A DNA stretch of 64,000 nt from a virus. The notes under the pieces are model-generated. The model did not search any database and was not told where the DNA came from. It saw only the letters and a program-made list of their open reading frames with translations. The stretch lies in the IMG/VR virus record IMGVR_UViG_3300008451_000399, positions 1-64,000 of that record; one strand, 5' to 3'. Of this stretch, positions 16,759-25,700 are shown in pieces (position 1 is the first letter of the stretch; every line of letters begins with the position of its first letter). The position numbers and the translations under genes are program-made.

Positions 16759-17147
16759 TGACTAAATTAGCGACTATGGGTAAAAAACTTTCTGGTGTAT
16801 TGGCATTTGAAGAGATGCCAGAGCACGGTTTTTGCCGTAAGACAGTTACTGTAACTGTTCAAGCAAACATGGATATTGGTGCAGTATTGCATTTGTCTGG
16901 TGGTAAGTATGTATGGATGCAACAATCCACTCACGCTGCGGCTACTGATGTTTGTGTACTGATTGACCACATGAAAGATGTTCCAAACTTGGCAGCAGGC
17001 GATCACCAACTAGCAGTATTGTACCGCGGTAGTGCTGGTGTCGTAGATACTGGCTTGTTGTATAAAGATGCTTTGTCTGGTGCTGAAAAATTAGTAGTAC
17101 AAGGCAAGTTGGAAACAAAAGGCATTGTAACACGCACTGCTGTTTAA
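16758..17147 (+). CDS. head decoration protein
   Basis: 129 aa directly before MCP, lambda gpD-like position and size. Confidence 0.75.
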   Translation: MTKLATMGKKLSGVLAFEEMPEHGFCRKTVTVTVQANMDIGAVLHLSGGKYVWMQQSTHAAATDVCVLIDHMKDVPNLAAGDHQLAVLYRGSAGVVDTGLLYKDALSGAEKLVVQGKLETKGIVTRTAV

Positions 17148-17173
17148 TAAATAAAAGAATAAGGAATAAATAA

Positions 17174-18214
17174 ATGAACATTCGTGATTACTACAATAAC
17201 TTTAAAAATGCCGACTTCGTAGACGGTATCACTAACACACCTTTGCAATACGGTTATATCAATAGCCAAAATATGTTCAATGTTAAAGGTACTAACCAAA
17301 CAGCGATCATCTTTGATAAAGATTCTACTACTACAACTTTGTTACCACAAGTAAATCGTGGTGATAAGTCTGCGACTCAGAACAAAGAACGCTCTGCTGA
17401 AACATTCGCATTGAAGTTAGCATACTTCAAACATGCTGATCGTTTGACAGGTGAAGATATCCAATCTTGGCGTAAAGTTGGCTCTACAGATAGCCAAACA
17501 TTAGCTGCTGCTACTGCTGACAAGTTGACAGATATGCGTCGCACTTGGGATCAAACTAGTGAATACTTGAAATTGCAAGCAATCAAAGGTATTGCTAAAA
17601 CTCCAGACGGTGCTGTACTGGCAAACATGTTCACAGAGTTTGGTATCACTCAAACTTCTGTAGATTTCTTGTTAGGTACTTCTACTACTAACGTAGACCA
17701 AAAGATTCGTCAATTGAAGACAGCAATCTCCAAAAACTTACAAAACGGTGGTGCTATCTCTGGTATCGACGTATTAGTTGACCCATTGTTCTTCGACAAA
17801 TTGATCTCTCATGCAAACATGAAGACAGCATATCAATCTTATGTAAACTCTGGTAAACAGTTGTTGCGTGATGATTTGTCCAGCTACATGAAGTGGGGCA
17901 TTATGGATAGCTTCAACTTCCGTGGCGTGAACTTCATCTCTTATGATGCAACATTCAACTTGCCAAACGGCTCTACAGAAGACGCTTTCGCAGCCTCCTC
18001 TGGTACAGCATACGCAACAGGTTCAAAAGATTTGTTCCGTGGCTACAATGGTCCGAGTAACAAGCTTTCTGGTGCTAACGAAGTTGGTCAAGAAGTTTAT
18101 ATGAATACGTATGTTGACCCTCGTGACGAGTTCGTAGAATTTGAAATGGAAGCAGCTCCGTTGTACTTCTGTACACGTCCTGCAAGCTTGATTGCTGTTA
18201 CTTCAAGTAACTAA
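17174..18214 (+). CDS. major capsid protein (lambda E-like, HK97 fold)
   Basis: 346 aa; T.EY...QAIKG, F.EFG, E.EAAPL...RP motifs; strong codon bias. Confidence 0.92.
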   Translation: MNIRDYYNNFKNADFVDGITNTPLQYGYINSQNMFNVKGTNQTAIIFDKDSTTTTLLPQVNRGDKSATQNKERSAETFALKLAYFKHADRLTGEDIQSWRKVGSTDSQTLAAATADKLTDMRRTWDQTSEYLKLQAIKGIAKTPDGAVLANMFTEFGITQTSVDFLLGTSTTNVDQKIRQLKTAISKNLQNGGAISGIDVLVDPLFFDKLISHANMKTAYQSYVNSGKQLLRDDLSSYMKWGIMDSFNFRGVNFISYDATFNLPNGSTEDAFAASSGTAYATGSKDLFRGYNGPSNKLSGANEVGQEVYMNTYVDPRDEFVEFEMEAAPLYFCTRPASLIAVTSSN

Positions 18215-18232
18215 TCTGTAGTTTGTTAATAG

Positions 18233-18262
18233 AATACCTTCTCAGAAATGGGAAGGTATTTC
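18233..18262 (+). terminator. terminator or hairpin after MCP
   Basis: aataccttctca-gaaa-tgggaaggtatt 12-bp stem with GNRA loop. Confidence 0.7.
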
Positions 18263-18297
18263 AGTTAGTAAATTATACAACTAAATAAAGGAATAAC

Positions 18298-18723
18298 ATG
18301 GCAGTAATTGACCCAACAACTCCTACTGGAAAACTTAGATTGCGTTGCGGTGATACCTCAGACCTGCCTATCCTTTCTGACGCAGTATATGAACAAACAT
18401 ATGTTGATAGTGGTAATAGTTTGAGTAGAGCTGCTGTGACATGCGCTCAGTACATACTAGCTTTACTTTCTCAGAACACCCATAGCAAGCTCGTACAAAT
18501 TGAGGTGTGGGGAGCTGAAGCTTTTAACAACTACTTAACATATTTAACGAAAGTAGTTCTTAACCCCAACCTTTCACAAACTTGCCCTATTCCGTATTCT
18601 GCAAGTAACGATAAAGTTCATCCTTTAATTGAGTTTACAGGTGATTGGTATGGCAATTTCCATTCTGGTACACAAAGCGAACAGCTTGCTCAGGACAGTG
18701 TTAACGGTGGATACAAAGTATGA
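18298..18723 (+). CDS. head-tail adaptor
   Basis: DPTTPTGKLRLRCGDT...LSD..Y motif; position after MCP. Confidence 0.7.
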   Translation: MAVIDPTTPTGKLRLRCGDTSDLPILSDAVYEQTYVDSGNSLSRAAVTCAQYILALLSQNTHSKLVQIEVWGAEAFNNYLTYLTKVVLNPNLSQTCPIPYSASNDKVHPLIEFTGDWYGNFHSGTQSEQLAQDSVNGGYKV

Positions 18724-19673
18724 GAATAAAGGATTTGGCAGGTTTCTTGGATAAAGCTAAAACTATCCACGGAGACAAGTACAATTACTCCAATTCAATA
18801 TACTTAGGCGCAACTACGAAGTTAGAAATCATTTGTAGTAAGCATGGTAGTTTTTGGCAAATACCTGCAGGGCATTTAGACGGTAAAGGTTGTCAGAAAT
18901 GCGCAAGAGAGTTAGTTGGAAGTAAGACGAAATATACAACTGAAGAGTTCATAGCTCTGGCTAAAAGCAAGCATGGTGATAAATATGATTATTCAGAAAC
19001 ACTCTACGGTAAATCAAACACAGACCCATTAAAAATAATCTGTAAGCAACATGGGGCATTTCAGCAGAAACCAATGGGACATTTAGCTGGTCAAGGATGT
19101 TTCCATTGTGGTGTAGAAGTATCTAGAAAAACTCATTTATTGAATACTGAAATATTTATCAAAAATGCTGAATCCAAGCATGGTAAAACATATTGTTACT
19201 CTAAATCTATTTACACAAGTTCTGCAAATAAACTAATAATTACTTGCACGACACACGGAGATTTTTCGGCATCCCCTAACTCTCATTTGATGGGTACAGG
19301 TTGTCCTAGTTGCAGTAAAACGGGGTTTAAAGTCAGTAGTTCAGCAATTTTTTATGTGTTTGTCTGTGATGGAATGGTTAAGATAGGTATAACAAATAAA
19401 AGCCTTAGACAGAGGCTTAATAGCCTGAAAAACTCTAGCAAACGAGAGTTCAATACATTTTTGACATTTCACAGTACAGGGCAAGTTGTTCTTGACTTGG
19501 AGACAAAACTGCTCAGAAAATTAAGTATTAAGTTCAGTAGACCAGATTATTTATTCAATGGTTGTACTGAGACTTTTGTTTGTGAGGATACTACTAAAAT
19601 ACTGAAAGAGATACTATATGAGTTACAGAATATTACAGGAGAGTTAAATGTTCAACATGCAACTATTTCATAG
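18720..19673 (+). CDS. homing endonuclease-like protein (DUF723-type repeats plus GIY-YIG/T5orf172-like domain)
   Basis: Three F...A...HG.KY.YS...I.C..HG.F.....HL.G.GC..C repeats; FYVF...VKIGITN...R; GCTETF. Confidence 0.8.
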   Translation: MRIKDLAGFLDKAKTIHGDKYNYSNSIYLGATTKLEIICSKHGSFWQIPAGHLDGKGCQKCARELVGSKTKYTTEEFIALAKSKHGDKYDYSETLYGKSNTDPLKIICKQHGAFQQKPMGHLAGQGCFHCGVEVSRKTHLLNTEIFIKNAESKHGKTYCYSKSIYTSSANKLIITCTTHGDFSASPNSHLMGTGCPSCSKTGFKVSSSAIFYVFVCDGMVKIGITNKSLRQRLNSLKNSSKREFNTFLTFHSTGQVVLDLETKLLRKLSIKFSRPDYLFNGCTETFVCEDTTKILKEILYELQNITGELNVQHATIS

Positions 19674-20046
19674 AACTGTAGCTAACATGATTACCCCTTT
19701 CGGTGGTGTTGGTACTTTAAGAGTATTTGGAGAGTCTGTCTACGATGATGGTGAGGCTGTCTCTACATCGACTGATTATCAAGTGGAGTTAGCTTTACTC
19801 GAATTTAGTCAGGCGAATGCGGGCGATAAGTCAAAATTTGGTACTCTTATACTATCTGGTGACAAATATTGCCTCATGCGACCTGTCAACCAGACGAACA
19901 CTGCAATTCCAGCTCCTGTCATTAAAGCTAACAGAGACACAATAACAATAGACAATGTAGAGTGGAAAATCTTTGCATTAAAAACAGTTAATCCAAGTGG
20001 AGTAAACGGGAATGATTTTTTATTTGAATTTCACTTAAGAAAATAA
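19648..20046 (+). CDS. head closure protein
   Basis: 132 aa; GTLILSGDK, D.I.I....WKI..K.VNP.G motifs; position. Confidence 0.7.
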   Translation: MFNMQLFHRTVANMITPFGGVGTLRVFGESVYDDGEAVSTSTDYQVELALLEFSQANAGDKSKFGTLILSGDKYCLMRPVNQTNTAIPAPVIKANRDTITIDNVEWKIFALKTVNPSGVNGNDFLFEFHLRK

Positions 20047-20075
20047 TTGACTTTTAGCCACTATCGTAGTATAAT
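20047..20075 (+). promoter_or_regulatory. sigma70 promoter (TTGACT-17-TATAAT)
   Basis: Hexamers with a 17-bp spacer. Confidence 0.75.
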
Positions 20076-20089
20076 TATAGGACAAACAA

Positions 20090-20503
20090 ATGGGTAGCTT
20101 TGCAGACAGTATAAAAGCAAACATCAAAGAGCTTCAACGAGAAGTGAATGATATAATAACTAACGAAGCGATTAAAACATTTCGTGATGTTGTTCGTTAC
20201 TCTCCCTCTAAGGATTTCAATGGCTCTGAGTGGGCTACTGGTTGGGTTATAAATCAGTGGTATCCTAGTGTTGGAAGTCCTTCTTCAGAGCTTAATGAAA
20301 GCAGAGATCAAGCTGGTATGAACAGTGGTGATCGAATTGCTCAGTTAATCGGCAGTAGACATTTCACTAATAAAGATAATTCAGTCTATCTGACAAACAA
20401 TGTTCCTTATGTATATCAAGTGGAAGCACTCGGTTGGGTTGGAACAAAAGCTTATGCAATGGTTGATCTAGCCTTAACAGATGCTAAAACAAGATTAGGC
20501 TAA
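20090..20503 (+). CDS. neck/tail completion protein (HK97 gp10-like)
   Basis: ATG...NQW, YLTNNVPY...VE..GW, AYAMV motifs. Confidence 0.7.
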   Translation: MGSFADSIKANIKELQREVNDIITNEAIKTFRDVVRYSPSKDFNGSEWATGWVINQWYPSVGSPSSELNESRDQAGMNSGDRIAQLIGSRHFTNKDNSVYLTNNVPYVYQVEALGWVGTKAYAMVDLALTDAKTRLG

Positions 20504-20505
20504 AC

Positions 20506-20907
20506 ATGACACAAAGAACAATACGCTTAGAAGTAGAAGCTAGAGTGAAAGCTTGGGCAGCAGCTCAATCTCCATCAATACCAATTGCTTACGAGAATGT
20601 AGCTTTCACAAAGCCTGATAATACATTCATAGAATTATATATCATACCAGCAACCACTGTCAACCAAACAGTGAGTGCAGCAAGAAAGACATTAACAGGA
20701 CTGATTCAATTCAATATCTACACAAAAGAAGGCTCTGGTACAAAGAAGTCAGAAGAACTTGCTCAAGCAATTATAGATTTATTTCCTGTTGTTCCAAAAA
20801 CAGGAACAGTATCTATCGAACAGACAGGCAGCATTATGAATACCTTGTACGATGCTCAATGGCTCGTAACACCTGTGCGTTTCAGATACAGACAAGAAAA
20901 TTATTAG
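20506..20907 (+). CDS. tail terminator (DUF4128-like)
   Basis: IAYENV.F..P, G.IQFNI....G.G, I...FP, PV...YR. Confidence 0.75.
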   Translation: MTQRTIRLEVEARVKAWAAAQSPSIPIAYENVAFTKPDNTFIELYIIPATTVNQTVSAARKTLTGLIQFNIYTKEGSGTKKSEELAQAIIDLFPVVPKTGTVSIEQTGSIMNTLYDAQWLVTPVRFRYRQENY

Positions 20908-20970
20908 CAGCAAAATTTGCCCCTAAAGGGCTTTATCTAGCCGTAAGGCAAATTTAATAAAGGAAACAAA

Positions 20971-21327
20971 ATGGCAGCATTATTAAGCACTTCATTACAA
21001 AGTGCAGCAGGTGTGGCAACAGCCACTGTCAATACAGCATCTGCTTCTGACACTTTAACATATGTAGCAGGTAGTGGTCAATTAGTAGAGATGGATAATA
21101 CAACTGGTGGCAGTTTGACTTTAAATATTAAAGGCACTGCACCATCAGCAGCATACCCTGTAAGTGGTACTTCTACTACAATCGACTTGTCTGCAGGTTT
21201 TAATGTGACTATTGCAGCAGGTGTAAAGAAAATCATTAACTTAGATAAGATTAAAGCATACCTTACAGGCACAGGCGTTGTTACCCTTTCAGGCGCAGCA
21301 ACATTAAAAATCACAGTATACGCTTAA
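20971..21327 (+). CDS. small virion structural protein (decoration-like)
   Basis: 118 aa, A/T/G/S-rich all-beta, strong AAGGAA RBS, between terminator and tail tube genes. Confidence 0.6.
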   Translation: MAALLSTSLQSAAGVATATVNTASASDTLTYVAGSGQLVEMDNTTGGSLTLNIKGTAPSAAYPVSGTSTTIDLSAGFNVTIAAGVKKIINLDKIKAYLTGTGVVTLSGAATLKITVYA

Positions 21328-21347
21328 TATAATTAAAAGGAAACAAC

Positions 21348-21800
21348 ATGTCTGAAATTCACAGCGCAGCAGGAACCAAACTTTCTATCGCTACAGTAGC
21401 AGGTAAGCCAGCAACAATTGACCAAGCAGGTTTTGAGTCTAAAACATATGTCGAAGTTGGTGAAATTACAAACATTGGTGATTTTGGTGCAACAGTTAAT
21501 GTTATTAACCACAGCCCATTATCTAACCGAGTAATTCAAAAGTTCAAAGGTAGTATCAATAACGGCAGTGGCTCTTATGAGTTTGCATCTAAATCTTCTG
21601 ACGCAGGTCAAATCTTAGTTAAAGCAGCTTCTGTTTCTGATTCTCCATATGCAGTTAAGGTGGAAGAACAAGACGGTGCTATCACTTACTTTATGTGTTT
21701 GTTCACATCTTTCGTCAAGAAAATTGGTACTATTGATAACGTAGTAGCAGGTTCTGCAAACTATGAAATCACATCTTCTATCGTTGAAGTTGGTGTTTAA
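21348..21800 (+). CDS. major tail tube protein
   Basis: AGTKLSI...P.T.D..GF....VEVGEIT.IG.FG...K.KGS.N.G...DAGQ motifs. Confidence 0.85.
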   Translation: MSEIHSAAGTKLSIATVAGKPATIDQAGFESKTYVEVGEITNIGDFGATVNVINHSPLSNRVIQKFKGSINNGSGSYEFASKSSDAGQILVKAASVSDSPYAVKVEEQDGAITYFMCLFTSFVKKIGTIDNVVAGSANYEITSSIVEVGV

Positions 21801-21887
21801 TACTGAAGTAAATTAGTAGGAAAAGGGGAACAAAGATTCCCCTCTTACAACACAATAAATCTCTCTCAAACTATAAGGAATATATTA

Positions 21888-22292
21888 ATGTCATTAAAAT
21901 TATCAAGCTTAAAAGCAAAAACTTCTGCAGTTCCTGTTGTCGTACTTCATCCAGTAGTAGGTGAATTAGAAGATGATAAAGGTAATAAAGTTACTTTACA
22001 TATCTTCGGTAAAGCATCTAAACGCTATCGTGATTACACAGAGGCACAAACAGACAGTTTTATTGCTAAACAACAAGCTAAAGTAAAATCGAAAACAACT
22101 GGTAAGCAATTGCTTACAGATCGCATCAAATTTATCGCAGCGATGACAGATAAGATTGAACATCTTGAATCAGATGATGGTTCTAAATATGACAACACAT
22201 CAGCATTGGAAGAATTGTACGCCAATCCAGAATATTTTTGGTTGTTAGAATTTGCAGAAGCAGCTTTGGAAGATAACGCAAATTTCTTCTAA
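21888..22292 (+). CDS. tail assembly chaperone (G)
   Basis: After tail tube gene; ends ..ANFF*; slippery site at the 3' end. Confidence 0.8.
   Translation: MSLKLSSLKAKTSAVPVVVLHPVVGELEDDKGNKVTLHIFGKASKRYRDYTEAQTDSFIAKQQAKVKSKTTGKQLLTDRIKFIAAMTDKIEHLESDDGSKYDNTSALEELYANPEYFWLLEFAEAALEDNANFF
22280..22286 (+). other. -1 programmed ribosomal frameshift site (A AAT TTC)
   Basis: XXXYYYZ heptamer in frame; the -1 frame is open into ORF 22346-22729. Confidence 0.75.
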
Positions 22293-22729
22293 CCCTGTCA
22301 GAAGAGCTTTTACTTTTTGCTCGACAACTTGGATGGTATCACAGTGTGCCAGAGAAGGAAACAAAAAGTAGAGCGTCTAAAATGTTAGAACAAGATGAAG
22401 GACTAGAACTCTCTTTGCCCAAATGCACAGCCGAGTTTCTAGTCCTTTTGTTTTATGAGCTTGGTCTTTCTGGACAGGGTGCGAATGGGGCTACTCCTAT
22501 TACGTGGCAAGAAATTGAAGCTTTTAACAGAATTGCAGATAAAAGACTTACCCCTTGGGAAGCAGAAATGTTGCACAAGATGAGTGAAGCTTATGTACAT
22601 GAAGTACATGCAGGAACAGATAAAGGTCGTACAGCTCCATATTCTGATACAGATATGACAGTGGTTAAACGACAAAGCGTAGCAAGTAAATTTAGGGCTT
22701 CTATGGAAGCTGCAAAACAAAATAGATAG
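22286..22729 (+). CDS. tail assembly chaperone GT C-terminal part (via frameshift)
   Basis: PITWQEIEAF...LTPWEAEML..MS.AY motif, just before the tape measure gene. Confidence 0.75.
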   Translation, partial: LLTLSEELLLFARQLGWYHSVPEKETKSRASKMLEQDEGLELSLPKCTAEFLVLLFYELGLSGQGANGATPITWQEIEAFNRIADKRLTPWEAEMLHKMSEAYVHEVHAGTDKGRTAPYSDTDMTVVKRQSVASKFRASMEAAKQNR

Positions 22730-22737
22730 GGTTTAAT

Positions 22738-25700
22738 ATGGGAATGACAACGAGCGAACTGTCAATGAAAGTTAAGTCAGAGGGTATTGCACAAGCTGCC
22801 ATTGACTTAGGTAATCTCGCTAAAGCAGCGTCTTCTGTTGACGCAGAAACTCGCTCGTTTATTGTTTCACAACAGAAGATGAACTCTTCGAGTGATAAAT
22901 CTGCTAAAGCTTCTGAATTATTAGATTTAAAAATAACTAAACAAAAACTCTCTATTCAAGCTCTAATTGAGAGAACAGAGCGTCTAGCAGCAGCGAACAC
23001 TTCTTTGCAAGCAAAGCAAGAACAAATTGCTAATAGCAAGCTTGCTGCTGAATTGGAGAGACAAGCTTCTGCAGCGCAAAAAGCAGCTCAATCTGCTGAG
23101 GCTCATGAACGTGCAATGACCAAGCAACACATTCAAGCTTTGAAAATGAATGAAGCTTTTGACAAGCAAGCAAAAGGGTTGGATGAAGTCAATCGTAGAG
23201 GTAATGTTTATGTCAACACATTACGTTCTATGGCTACAGCAGCTTTAGCTTATGTTGGTGTGAATTTCTTCACTGATGTTGTGAAACAAGCTGACGCTTG
23301 GAGTTTAGCGCAATCTAAATTAAAACTCGCTGTCGGAAGTATGGAAGGTGCTATTGTAGCACAAAAAGACTTGTATGAGATTTCTCAAAAACTTCGTGTG
23401 CCATTAGAAGATACGACAAAGTTATTCACTCGTATGATGGTTCCATTACAGAAGATGGGGAAAACCAGCTCAGATGCTAAAGAAATGGTTTCTGCATTTT
23501 CCACAGCCCTAAAGCTGTCTGGTGCTACAGGGCAAGAAGCAGCTTCAGCTATGCTACAGTTCTCTCAGTCCTTAAACGCTGGACGTTTAAATGGTGGTGA
23601 GTTTAATTCCATTGCAGAAGCTTCTCCTAATATTCTACGTGCAGTAGAAGCTGAATTCAAACGTCTTGGAGTCAGTGTAGAAGGTACTTCTGGTGGCTTG
23701 AAGAAATTAGCTGCAGACGGCAAAATCACCACAGAGATTCTTTACAATGCAATTAAGAACGCTTCCCCAAAATGGGCTAAAGAGTTTGAAACACTTCCAT
23801 TGACAGTAGATGGTGCATTAACACGTATTAAGAATGCTTGGGGCAAAGCGATTGGTGAACTTGGGCAGGACACAAAGTTCAATGAGAAAATGGCAGCTTC
23901 TCTTAAGAAGCTTGAAGAAATGTTGCCGAGTATTGCTAAAGCCATTGTAGGTGTATTTTCATTTATAGTAGATAATGGGGATGTAATTCTCAAAGTGTTT
24001 GCTGGTATTGCATCAGCTACAGTGTTGTTTAATATTGGTAGTTTAGCTACAAAGATGTGGTTAGCTTATCAAAGTGTTGTTGCTGTCACAGGCGCAGTTG
24101 GTGGCTTGACTAAAGCTTTTGCGTTGATTGGTATTACTCCTGTTGGCGCAGCTTTGGTTGTGCTAGGTACGATTATAGCAGGTGGTATTGCACTTTGGAA
24201 CAATTGGAACAAGGAAGTATCTGACTCTGAAAAAGCTCGTAAGAAAATAATAGAGGATTCTGATAGTATTGTTTCAAAAATCAATGCTGAGAACAATGAG
24301 ATTAAAAAACAAATTGACTTATTACTATTAGCAACAGGACAGCAAGCTAGATATAACATTGAGAAGAATGGTGGTTCCGCAAGTAAGACAGACGTAGATA
24401 CACAATTTGTTACTGCAACTGAAGCTTATAAGAACTATGCTAAAGCAGAAAAAGACTTAAGTGACGCGATAAAAGCAAAAGGAAGGGTTCCATTTCAACT
24501 TTACGAAGATGTTAGGAAAAACAGAGATATTGCTTATGCTGCTAATATAAAGTATGAGAATGCATTGGCAGGTTTCAGAGAACAGCAAGCTTTGAAAGTT
24601 GAACAACAAGATCGTCTTGCTATAAAAAATAGACAAGAAATTCAAGAAACTCAATTAAAAGCTCTAATGAGCGAAGCGGAACTTGCAAAAAAAGTTAGGC
24701 AAGACAGTTTAAAGCAACTAGAGGATGATGCTAAAAAAGAAGCTTGGCTTCCTAGCATGGTGGCTAATCAGAAGTTGATTATCGAGAAAAAATATCGGGA
24801 AGACCTTGAAAAAATAAAAACTCCAAAATCAGAGAAAGAAGCTGACAAAAACTTAAAAGCGCATCTTGACAGAATGACAGAGATGGCAGATAAGCTTCGT
24901 AACATGCGTACAGAACTTGAGGGTATGCAAAAGTTTGGTGTTGATTGGGATAAGATGCTTCCAGAGGAAAAAGCTTTTGCTGATATTTCTAACAATATGA
25001 GTTCTTTAATATCTAAAATTGGTGCTAAGAGAGCTGAGGAAGAGAAAGCTAGAGCTGGCGAAATAGAAGCTGCTGCTAAAGAGAAAAGAAGCTTAGAAGA
25101 GAAAGTAGCTAATCAATTGAAAGGTATTGAACTAGCTAAGTCTGGTATGCAATCAGCCCAAGATGAATTAACCAGAAATGAAGCTTTATTAGAGTCTGAA
25201 GAAAAACGTGCAGAAGTTTTGGCTAAGATTGCTGCAGTCAAGGCTTACGATGAGTATCAAACAAAACAACTTGACCCAACTGTTCATGAAAAAGAGTTGG
25301 CATTTCTTTATGAGAGATACCTTCTGCTTCAGAAGAATGCAGAAGTAGTGAATAAAAAAGTTGAGAAGGACGAAACTAATAAAGCAGATGAAGAAGCTAA
25401 AAAACTCTTAGATGCTATGTTTGACACAACCAAAATAGATAAGTGGGAAACTGCTTCGTCTAAAGCTATGAAGGGAATGTTGAAAGGTGTTGTTGACTTA
25501 ACCAAAGCATTTGATAAATTGAATGCCAAGAAAGAGACTTTAGCAGAGGCTGAAAAAGCTAACGAGAAGAGATTTAAGACAAATAAAATCTCCGAGATTG
25601 AGTATGAACAAAACAAAGCTAAGTTACAAGAAAAATCTACAGAGTATTACTTATCTTCCCTTGCTGAAATGACTGATGCTTCTAAGAACTTTTTTGACGA

